Positions 9,687-18,681 of a DNA stretch of 64,000 nt are shown here, in pieces. The stretch covers positions 672,001-736,000 of the forward strand of contig CAWDGJ010000003.1 in NCBI GenBank assembly GCA_963801815.1. The letters run 5' to 3'. Each line of letters starts with the position of its first letter. Positions within the stretch are counted from its first letter, which is position 1. The stretch is from an uncultured Verrucomicrobiae bacterium. Lineage in GTDB: Bacteria; Verrucomicrobiota; Verrucomicrobiia; Chthoniobacterales; UBA10450. The position numbers and the translations under genes were made by a program. The notes beneath the pieces were generated by a model. It was given only the letters and a program-made list of their open reading frames with translations, did not search any database and was not told the DNA's origin.

Positions 9687-9716
9687 TGGAGCCACGCACC
9701 TTTACGGAGTTGAGAG
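9687..9716 (+). repeat. 30-bp direct repeat, copy 1
   Basis: tggagccacgcacctttacggagttgagag identical to 10862-10891. Confidence 0.9.
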
Positions 9717-9992
9717 TTGAGGGAAGCGTGTCGAGAAGACGCTTGCTAATCGGCGTCCAGCCCGTCTTGCTGTGCTGATGAAATACATGATCAGTTGGTG
9801 GGAGTGATCGCAGGGATCGCCGATGAGAGGGCAGAGGGGAAGGACGGAGGGATCCAATGCCTGTTGAAAGGGCAAATTATATGATTAGGTAATTGCCCGG
9901 CGCGGCTGTAGATTCGCCAACAACTCGCAGCGTCAATCGATCGCGCAGGTGTGCGGCCTTTCCCTCTGCCCAACCAACCAACCGATCACATC

Positions 9993-10166
9993 ATGACTAT
10001 TATCACTGCGAAACAGAATGCGCTCGAGAACTTCGCCAGCGCGACAGACTGGATGGCGTCCTTCCTCGATTTTCAGATCAGTAAACTCGAAGATGGCGGC
10101 CAGGACATCGACGCGGGAAAAGCCGGTAAATTACCGGAGACCAATCAGGACCCAATATGGAACTGA
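9993..10166 (+). CDS. Putative small protein (57 aa)
   Basis: ATG-initiated acidic ORF after a structured region; no family recognised. Confidence 0.35.
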   Translation: MTIITAKQNALENFASATDWMASFLDFQISKLEDGGQDIDAGKAGKLPETNQDPIWN

Positions 10167-10520
10167 CGGTACCCATCCTTAAGCGTGACCTGGCGCAGCA
10201 CACTATTGGCAAAGAACGGGCGGCGCTTTTCCGTCACTATCGCGTCGTGACGCGTAAACCAAGGTCCGACGTTTTTTTGGGGCGAATCACGCGTGGCAAC
10301 AACCTTTCGGGAAAAAGCTGAAACGCGGAAAGCGTAAACACTGGAGAGCTGAATGAGCGTTTGTGTTTTCCGTAATCTGGACGACAGTGGGCGCTTATTG
10401 GATTGCTCTGTTTAACTCCACTGCACGGTAGATCGTCAGGTGAGCGTCGCTCATTGATGGTTTGAAACCCGATTCCCGGGAACGGCTCTGTAGCCCTTAG
10501 TTTTTCCAAATTCAAACACA

Positions 10521-10814
10521 ATGAAACTGTACGTAGGTAATCTCTCTTTTGAGACCACTGAGAACGATCTCCAAGATCTGTTCCAACAACACGGCACCGT
10601 CAACGAAGTCAATCTCATGATGGACAAGATGACTGGCAAATCGCGCGGGTTCGCGTTCGTCACCATGGGTGACGCGACGCAAGGCGGCGCCGCGATGAGC
10701 GCGCTGAACGGCAAGGAGCTTAACGGTCGCGCTTTAAATGTTAATGAAGCTCGTCCGCGCGAAGAGCGGCCTCGCCCCGGCGGGAACCGTCCTTTTGCGG
10801 GCAATCGCCGATAG
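10521..10814 (+). CDS. RRM RNA-binding protein
   Basis: RNP2 KLYVGNL, RNP1 RGFAFVTM, VNEARPRE. Confidence 0.95.
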   Translation: MKLYVGNLSFETTENDLQDLFQQHGTVNEVNLMMDKMTGKSRGFAFVTMGDATQGGAAMSALNGKELNGRALNVNEARPREERPRPGGNRPFAGNRR

Positions 10815-10861
10815 GCGAAGAAGTTGAGAGTTGATTGTTGAGTGCGTAAAGCTCTATCTAT

Positions 10862-10891
10862 TGGAGCCACGCACCTTTACGGAGTTGAGAG
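10862..10891 (+). repeat. 30-bp direct repeat, copy 2
   Basis: Identical to 9687-9716. Confidence 0.9.
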
Positions 10892-10956
10892 ATCGACGAT
10901 GGCAATCAACCATCAACCAACAACGGAGGTCAGAATCAGAAATCAGAGGTCAAGCA

Positions 10957-11976
10957 ATGCAGATCTTCCGTATTCCCACCGACCGGATTAACTGGACGAC
11001 GAGCACGTTCTTAATCGGCACTTTTGTTTTAACCCTGACGGCGGTGCCGCTGTATCTGTGGTTTTTCGGCGTCGATTGGTTCCATTTCATTGTCGCCGGA
11101 GTCTTGCTGGCCGCGACTGGCTTCAGCATCACGCTCGGTTACCATCGGCTTTTCGCACACGCGACTTTTCGCGCCCGGCTGCCGGTTCGGCTGTTCACAC
11201 TCATTTTTGGCGCTGCCGCGTTTGAGAATTCAGTTTTGATGTGGGCGAGCGAACATCGCCGGCACCATAAACATGTGGATCATGACGAAGACCCCTACGA
11301 CATCACCAAGGGATTTTTCCACGCCCACATTGGCTGGCTTCTGTTCAAGCTGTGGCCCCAGCCCCCGTTCGACAACGTGGCCGATTTGAAAAAAGATCCG
11401 CTGGTGATGTGGCAACATCGACATGTTCATTTGCTTGCGGTTTTGATGAGTTTTGTTTTGCCGACTTTGCTTGGCGCCATTTGGGATGGATGGACTGGCG
11501 CGCTTGGTGGTTTTTTAATCGGCGGCGTGGCCAAAGTGGTCGTGCTTCAACACGGCACGTTCCTGATCAACTCGGCCTGTCACACCATGGGCCGCCAGCC
11601 GTACTCGACTCGGTGTAGCGCGCGCGATTCATTCACGATGGCGCTGTTTACCTTCGGCGAAGGCTATCATAATTATCACCACGAATTTCAACACGACTAT
11701 CGCAACGGGGTGAAGCCGTGGCAGTGGGATCCGACCAAATGGTTGATCTGGACTTTGTCGAAGCTCGGACTAACCGGCGGTTTGCGTCGGGCGCCGGCGG
11801 AATTGATTTCATCGAGCGAAGCAAAAGTGAAGGAGAAGACGAGGAAACGCGGAAAGCTCAAAACTGAAGCGCCGAAATTCTCGTTAGCGGATGACAAAGA
11901 AACAGGCGAGTCCGATCGCGACCAGGTCTTCGAGCAGGGCGATAAAAATATCTTTGATGTTCAATGCGCTAACTAG
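10957..11976 (+). CDS. Delta-9 acyl-CoA/acyl-lipid fatty acid desaturase
   Basis: His boxes YHRLFAH, EHRRHH and GYHNYHH; WDPTKW. Confidence 0.92.
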   Translation: MQIFRIPTDRINWTTSTFLIGTFVLTLTAVPLYLWFFGVDWFHFIVAGVLLAATGFSITLGYHRLFAHATFRARLPVRLFTLIFGAAAFENSVLMWASEHRRHHKHVDHDEDPYDITKGFFHAHIGWLLFKLWPQPPFDNVADLKKDPLVMWQHRHVHLLAVLMSFVLPTLLGAIWDGWTGALGGFLIGGVAKVVVLQHGTFLINSACHTMGRQPYSTRCSARDSFTMALFTFGEGYHNYHHEFQHDYRNGVKPWQWDPTKWLIWTLSKLGLTGGLRRAPAELISSSEAKVKEKTRKRGKLKTEAPKFSLADDKETGESDRDQVFEQGDKNIFDVQCAN

Positions 11977-12351
11977 ACGGCGCCGGATTTCGTAACCGGC
12001 GAATGCGCCGATAATTCCGCCAATACCGCCCAGAATCGCGCCGATAGAAATGAGTTGGCTAGTCGCAGCGCAGATGCAGGCGCCGCAAAAAGCGCCCGTG
12101 AGAATGCGGGCCGCGAGTGGGACAGGCGCTGTTCGCTTCGGCGTTGAAGGTCGCAGATCGCCGACTAGTTCGAAAACGGCCAGGATCGAGAAAATTATCA
12201 CGGCGGTTGTCGATCCCATGAAGGCGAATGCAGAGTCTTTGAGGTTCAGCCAGCCGAGATGCGCAGCCCATGCTACAACCGCGGGTGGCGAAAGGGCACG
12301 CAAACCTGCGGTAAAGCCGATGCCAAGCGCGAAAGCGAAAATGTAATTCAT
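11884..12351 (-). CDS. DUF4126-like membrane protein
   Basis: GIGFTAGLRALSPPAVVAWAAHLGWL; ELVGD...P.R; ALLEDLVA. Confidence 0.75.
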   Translation of the reverse strand: MNYIFAFALGIGFTAGLRALSPPAVVAWAAHLGWLNLKDSAFAFMGSTTAVIIFSILAVFELVGDLRPSTPKRTAPVPLAARILTGAFCGACICAATSQLISIGAILGGIGGIIGAFAGYEIRRRLVSALNIKDIFIALLEDLVAIGLACFFVIR

Positions 12352-12429
12352 TGAGATGTCGATCTTTAACAGATCGACCACTGATCGGAAAACCGAAAAA
12401 CAAGGGCGTAGTCGCGGACACAATTTTGC

Positions 12430-12555
12430 TATCGCAAAGACGTGCCGAATGCCGAAGTTCACGTGCTCGATGCCGGACATTTCGCACTCGACACTAAAGC
12501 AGACGACATCGCGGCACTCGTTAGGGCGTTCATGAATAAAAGCGGCGCGCAGTAG
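12430..12555 (+). pseudogene. Orphan C-terminal fragment of an alpha/beta hydrolase
   Basis: Translates YRKDVPNAEVHVLDAGHFALDTKADDIAALVRAFMNKSGAQ-stop; no upstream body. Confidence 0.7.
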
Positions 12556-12618
12556 CGATCAACATCGTAAGGTGAGGCTTGACATTGCCCCCTGCGTCGA
12601 GCGACAAAGGAGCGCCGG

Positions 12619-14207
12619 ATGAACACGGATTCGAGCGGGAGCGACCGGAAAGATGACATTAAAGGTCACCCGCAGGGCGAGGTTCGCGGGCAGATGAACC
12701 CCGTCAAATTTTTCAAACGCCGTTTTGCCGGGGCCCCGGAGGGAGCAGCCGTGCTGTTCTTCATTCAGATCTTCGCGACGCTCGGCTTTGCTGTTCTTTA
12801 CTCGACGCTCGTCCTCTACGCGACGAAGCATCTGCAGCTTCCCGTGCGAACGGCCACCGCGTTGATGGGTGTGTTCGGCGCTTTCAACTACGGCCTGCAC
12901 CTTTTCGGCGGCTACCTCGGCGGCCGGTTCCTTTCAAATCGCAACCTGTTTGTCGGAGGCATGGCGTTGCAGGTGATCGGCTGCGCGTGCATCGCGACCG
13001 GCACGCTCGCGCTGTTCTACGTCGGGCTGGCTCTCTTTCTTACCGGCAGCGGTCTCAACGTCACCTGTATTAATATGATGCTGACGCAGCGGTTCACCCC
13101 GGAGGACCCGCGTCGCGAAGGAGCCTTCCTCTGGAATTACGCCGGTATGAATGTGGGCTTCTTCGTCGGGTTCAGCGTGGCCGGCCATTTCCAAGCCACC
13201 CAGAGTTATTCGAGCCTCTTTATCTTCGCGACGCTCGGCAATTTCGTCGCCATTATCCTCGCTTTGTTCAACTGGAAAACGTTGACCGATCGCAACACAC
13301 CTCTGCTTGATAAAACGTCGAAACAGTTTCGGCTGCGACAGCTCGTCGGCATCGGCATTCTCATCGGACTCGTGCCGGTCGTTTGGTTCATGCTTCAACG
13401 GCCCGGCGGCACCGAGACGATCCTCAAAGCGATCTGTGGCGCGGTCGCGCTTACCTTGATTTATCTCACTGTCCGCCACTCGGATCGTCGCGAACAGCGA
13501 AACATGACGGCCTACCTGATTCTGACTGTTGGCTCGCTGATGTTCTGGTCGCTCTACCAAATGGCGCCGAACGGTCTGATGTTGTTCGCGGTCAACAATG
13601 TTGATCTGATGGTCGGTCCCGTGAGGATTCAGCCGCAATGGATTCAGAACATCAACACCGTCTGCATCGTGCTCGGCGGCCCGCTGCTCGCGTCATTCTT
13701 CACCCGTATGCGCGCGCGCGGATGGAGAATCGACATACCGAAACAGTTCGCAGCGTCGCTCTTGTTGATGGCGGTTGCATTTCTTGATCTTGCCGGTTGG
13801 CATCAAGCTCGCTGGCGATGGGAAAAGCGCGTTCGCGTGGTTGTTTTGGAGTTATGTGCTCCAAAGCATCGGTGAGTTGCTCATCTCTCCGATCGGATAC
13901 GCGATGATCGGCAAACTCGCGCCTCGGCAGTACCAAGGCGTGATGATGGGCAGCTGGATGCTCTGGACCGGACTCGCGTCGCTCTTTGCCGGTGACTTTT
14001 CGGGAATGATTCCCGAAGCCGACCGGCACCACGGCGGCCGTCACGAATGCCGGTTACGAAAAACTTTTCACCGAGCTCGGCCTAGGCAGCCTCGCAGTCG
14101 GGATTGCGCTCGTCGTGCTGATTCCGTTTCTGCGCAAGCTGATCACTGACAAGGCCGAGACAACTCCCGACGAAATGCTGGCGGCGACGGTCGTTCCGGT
14201 TGCCTAA
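12619..14207 (+). CDS. POT/PTR oligopeptide:H+ symporter; frameshifts near 13780 and 14025
   Basis: GGYLGGRFL, RREGAFLWNYAGMNVG and GELLISPIG across three frames. Confidence 0.85.
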
Positions 14208-14428
14208 CGGATTTAGAAGCAATCGAATTAGGAACGCAGGAAAAGAAGAAGATCCCTTTCCGGTATCCGGTTGGAGTTCACGCGCCGGGGCGGGCAATCC
14301 GCAATCGGCTGAAGTTTGTAAGAAAGGCTTCTAAGCTACGGCGTGACAGGCAGAGAAAAAGGCGAGGCGCTGAGAAGAAAGAGCTGAAACGGGGAAAACG
14401 GAAAACTGAAGCGCGGAACGATGCGCGC

Positions 14429-16577
14429 TTAGAGTCCGCTTGTCTTCAATTGGTCATCGGCGAGGCCCATGGTGTGGAGGAATGCGTTCCAGCGCGGGTC
14501 GTCGTGAAGGTTCGTTAGGAGCGGATCTTTATGCAAACCGGCCAGGCCGGGGTCGCGTTGCCGGCGCGCGCGCTCCAGCCATTCGAACGCCTTGTCCTTG
14601 TCCCCGCGATACGCGTAAACCTCGGCGATCTGGTACGCTGCCGTTTCGGCAAAATCTTTGGTCAACTGTGCTAGCGCAGCATCTGCCTCCGGAGTTCTTT
14701 TCTGGCCCCACCGCGCGCACGACACAATCAAGAGCCGCGCCCAATCGCCGGCGTCGGCCTGGGCCGCGGTTGCCGCCTCCTCAAATTTATTCTCCAATAA
14801 ATACGCTAAACCGAGACCGGCGTGCGCCCACGGCGCTGATGGATTCAATTCCAGCACCCGCGGGTATTCGGTACGCGCCTCGGCGAACCGTTTCGTCACT
14901 GCCAGGTTAAATGCGAGAAATCCCCGGGCTTGCGCATTCACCGGGTCCAACTCGACCGCTTTGCGATAGAGTTCGATTGCTCGATCCATGTTTCCAAGCG
15001 CGGTCTCGAGATTGCCGGCGGCGATGAGAATGTACGGATCGGCCGGAGCCAGTGCCAGCGCCTTGGTCACGGTTTGAGCCGCCGCGTTCCAGTTAAAATC
15101 GAAATTAGTCTCGATCGTCGCCCGGGCGAGCAAACCGGCAGGCAAATTCGGTTCAATCGAGAGGGCCCGCGCGATGGCTTCACGCGCGCTGGCTAAATGC
15201 GCATCGAATGTTTTTTGTCCGCCCTCAGTGGCAAATGCGGCCAGCCAGAGATTTGCGTCCGCGACGCCGGCCCAGGCCAGAGCAAACCCAGGATCCAGGG
15301 CGACGGCGTGTTCGTAAGCAGCCAGAGCTTCGCGCGCACTTTTTTCGGAGTGGCGATTCTCATAAAAGCGGCCTTGCAGATACAACTCGTGGGCCTCGAC
15401 ATTTTTCGTTGCGCCTTTTTCCGCCGCCTGCACTTCGGCTTGAATTTTTTCCTTCGCGGTTGAACCCGCGTCAGATCCGAATCGACTACGCAATTGTTCG
15501 ACGATCGTTTGGGCGAGTTCGGTTTGCACTGCAAACACGTCCTTCAGGTCACGGGTATAATTTTCCGACCAGAGTTCCTCGCCGGTGTCGGCGCGGGCCA
15601 GCCGGGCGGCGATCCGCACTGCTTCGCCGGATTTGCGCACGCTTCCGTCGACCAGATAGGCCACGCCGAGTTTCTGGCCAATTTCCTGAGCGGTGGCGTT
15701 TTTGCCTTTGAACGAGAACGCCGAGGTGCGCGCGGCCACGTGCATACCCGGAATTTTTTGAAGCACGGTTAAGAGTTCTTCACTGACGCCATCGGAGAAA
15801 TACTCGCTCCCCTTGTCGTCGCTCAGGTTAACGAACGGAAGGACGGCAACCGATTTTTGATCGGGCGCACTTGCGGGAGCAGTGGGCGCACTTTGAGCCA
15901 GACTGCCGGTTCTTGCTCGAGCGTTGCATCCACCACCAGCCAGCGAGCAACCCTATTATTATGAGAGCCGCGACCGGAACCAGGAGAGGGGATTTCTTTG
16001 AAGCTCGCGGCGGGGAGGATTGAGCTTTACCGCCGGTCTCCCACGGCAGGACGATCCGGAAAAGTTCCATCGGCAATTTGATGTTCTTCAAGTCCGCCGA
16101 CCCAAACTTTTCAAATCGCGCCTCGAGCGCGTTGCGAATTTGCCGCTCCACATCCATCGAGACGCAAATCCCGCCCGCGCCGGCCAGCGCTTCGATGCGC
16201 GATGCGATATTCACTCCGTCGCCGTAGACATCGCCGTCGCGATGCACCACGTCGCCGATATGAATACCGATCTTGAGTTCGATCCGGCGGTCGGACGTAA
16301 CGTCGTGATTGCGTTTGGCAAGGGTGCGCTGAATTTCGATCGCGCATTGGGCCGCTTCCAGCGCGCTCCCGAATTCGACCAGAAATGCATCACCGATGGT
16401 CTTAATTTCGGTGCCGTGAAATCTTGGAAAAATTTCGCGCAACAACCGACGATGTTCCTCCAATAGTTCCTGAGCGAGCTTGTCGTCGCGCTGGCTCAGT
16501 GCGCTGTAGCCGACCATGTCGGTAAACATAATGGCGGCGAGCTTGCGCTCCTCGGTCGATTCGGTCGGCATCGTCAT
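14429..16577 (-). CDS. Class III adenylate/guanylate cyclase-like domain + TM + TolB-like + TPR protein; frameshift near 15895
   Basis: RKLAAIMFTDMVGYS, KTIGDAFL, GDGVNIASR; SVAVLPFVNLS...YFSDG; TPR repeats. Confidence 0.88.
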
Positions 16578-16695
16578 TCTTTAATGACTATCGCAGTAAA
16601 TGACAATGCCGGAGCTGAAAGCCAAAGCAGAAAACGGAAACGCTAAAACGCGGCTTGTGAGCCCCGGACTGATTGACAGCCAATCTGGCAGCCAT

Positions 16696-17282
16696 ATGAT
16701 CGGCGCCGTGCCGGAAGAAAAACCGATGCGAGGCGCGAGCCGAACGATGTAGTGATCGCGACTATTGTTGGGTTCCTGGCTCTGTGCGTTTCCGGTTACA
16801 CCGCCTACATGCAACGTCAGCAAGTCCGCGCCGCGGTGTGGCCAATCCTCGAATTCGACACCAGCAACGGCCCGATTCAATTCACCCTGGCCAACAAAGG
16901 CGTGGGACCGGCGATCATTAAACATGTGATCCTAAAGGTGGACGATCAGCCGGTGAGGAATTGGTATGAGGCGCTCGATAAAATTCTTGGACCCGGCTAC
17001 CATCCAGGTGAAGAGGCTGACATGACCGGCCATGTGTTTTCCCCTGGTGAATCAAGGAAGGTATTTACTCCGCACGACGACGCGAATCAGCCGATTAATT
17101 TCGACAAATCGAATCCGCTTTGGGTAAAATTGAATGCCGATCGCGCCCGAGTAACGGTCGAGATCTGTTACTGCTTCACCCTCGACGAATACTGGACCTT
17201 GCGTGCCGGCGGCAAGACCCCAAGCATGACGACGCCCACTGAGCATTGTCCGGCTCCGTCGGCCGATAGCTTTCAGCAGTAG
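16696..17282 (+). CDS. Membrane-anchored hypothetical protein; probable 1-nt deletion near 16744
   Basis: TM helix then RQQVRAAVWP, NKGVGPA and ICYC motifs. Confidence 0.65.
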
Positions 17283-17331
17283 CATTCAAGAAGAGGTTGA
17301 TGGTTGAGAGTTGAGAGTTGATAGAAAAAGC

Positions 17332-17727
17332 ATGCAGGTAAAGCGGTCGGGCAGCCAATCTTCTAGCAAAGGTCCTGCGGAGTGGTTCACGGGAAATGTT
17401 AGAATCAATCCGTTATTTGAAGCGCCAGACCCGGCACGCGTTCGCGGCGCGAGCGTGACTTTCGAGCCGGGTGCGCGCACCGCCTGGCACACGCATCCGT
17501 TAGGCCAGACGTTAATCGTTACTTCAGGTTTGGGCTGGGCGCAGCGCGAAGGCGGTCCGATCGAAGAAATTTGTCCGGGTGACGTCGTTTGGTTTGGGCC
17601 TAACGAAAAACACTGGCATGGAGCAACGCCCACGACCGCGATGACACATATTGCCATTCAGGAAGCATTGGATGGGAAGGTCGTTGAATGGATGGAGCAC
17701 GTCAGTGATCAGCAGTACAGAAAGTAA
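17332..17727 (+). CDS. Cupin domain protein
   Basis: [22 protein letters not shown]. Confidence 0.92.
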   Translation: MQVKRSGSQSSSKGPAEWFTGNVRINPLFEAPDPARVRGASVTFEPGARTAWHTHPLGQTLIVTSGLGWAQREGGPIEEICPGDVVWFGPNEKHWHGATPTTAMTHIAIQEALDGKVVEWMEHVSDQQYRK

Positions 17728-17768
17728 GAAGGAAAACTTAAGAATTAAGAAGTTCCGAGGAGTGCCCT

Positions 17769-18560
17769 TCAATCGATTAAGTCTACTGGATCGCCTTTGC
17801 GAATCGTTCCCTGGATGAGGACAGCGGCGTAAACGCCGGCCATGCCTTCGTGCGATTGGACCACGGTCTTCAATATCGCCGGCGTTTTCTCCGCCGTATC
17901 GGGGTCTAGTGTGATCATCACACAGCGTCCATCGCGGTGGAGAACCTGGACGATAACTTTTGATCCAATGCGAAGAGATTTGCCAACAAACGCGTCCTCA
18001 GCAAAACCGTCCGCTGAATTCAGGTCGAGATAAACGTTGGCGCGGAACCGCCGTTTATCCACGTCGGCGCCGGTTTCATCACCGATTTGTTTTGCCGTTT
18101 GAATGGCGAAAATCGACAAGGGACGACAATCGGTCATTGCCTTGTCCGACCGAAGCAGCGTGAGCCCGTGGTTCGTGTCGGTGTTTGTCTGTAGATGCTC
18201 GATCAACCGAGGATCATCGATCGCGAAGCTTTTTCCATCCGGCGTTTCGACGTCGACCATCAGATTGGCGGCAGTGGCCGAGACCGGGTTCACATTCGGC
18301 GAGCGTTTGATCGCTTCCGCGAGATTGACCGGTCGCGCGGCCTTGTCCGGATACCGAAAGCGCGGCCGATATCGAATTATCTGGCGATAGTCGCGCCCGG
18401 TGAAAAACGGGAACCCTTTTTCGTTCGCGGAACTTTCAAAAGCGAAAAGGCGATCGCCATAAACTCCCCCGTAGCCGGCAAACAATTCGTCGAGCTCTTC
18501 GCCGCGCATGCTTTTCACCGGATAACGCCAGAGGCTTTCCACTTTACCAACGATTGCCAT
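17769..18560 (-). CDS. MOSC domain-containing protein
   Basis: LWRYPVKSM, GDR, RRFRAN, RCVMIT, GVYA. Confidence 0.9.
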   Translation of the reverse strand: MAIVGKVESLWRYPVKSMRGEELDELFAGYGGVYGDRLFAFESSANEKGFPFFTGRDYRQIIRYRPRFRYPDKAARPVNLAEAIKRSPNVNPVSATAANLMVDVETPDGKSFAIDDPRLIEHLQTNTDTNHGLTLLRSDKAMTDCRPLSIFAIQTAKQIGDETGADVDKRRFRANVYLDLNSADGFAEDAFVGKSLRIGSKVIVQVLHRDGRCVMITLDPDTAEKTPAILKTVVQSHEGMAGVYAAVLIQGTIRKGDPVDLID

Positions 18561-18681
18561 CGCAATCTAAGAGACCAATCATCCGGGACCGCTGACAAGC
18601 ACAATTACTTCGACCGGAAAGAAATCCTTCGTGATCTGGTGTGCTTCATGGTTAGATCCAGTTCCAAGCTCACCCCAATTC

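Noticed and set aside
10451..10870. Long antisense ORFs opposite the RRM gene and many other genes
   Set aside because: Shadow ORFs expected in GC-rich coding DNA, with no protein motifs.
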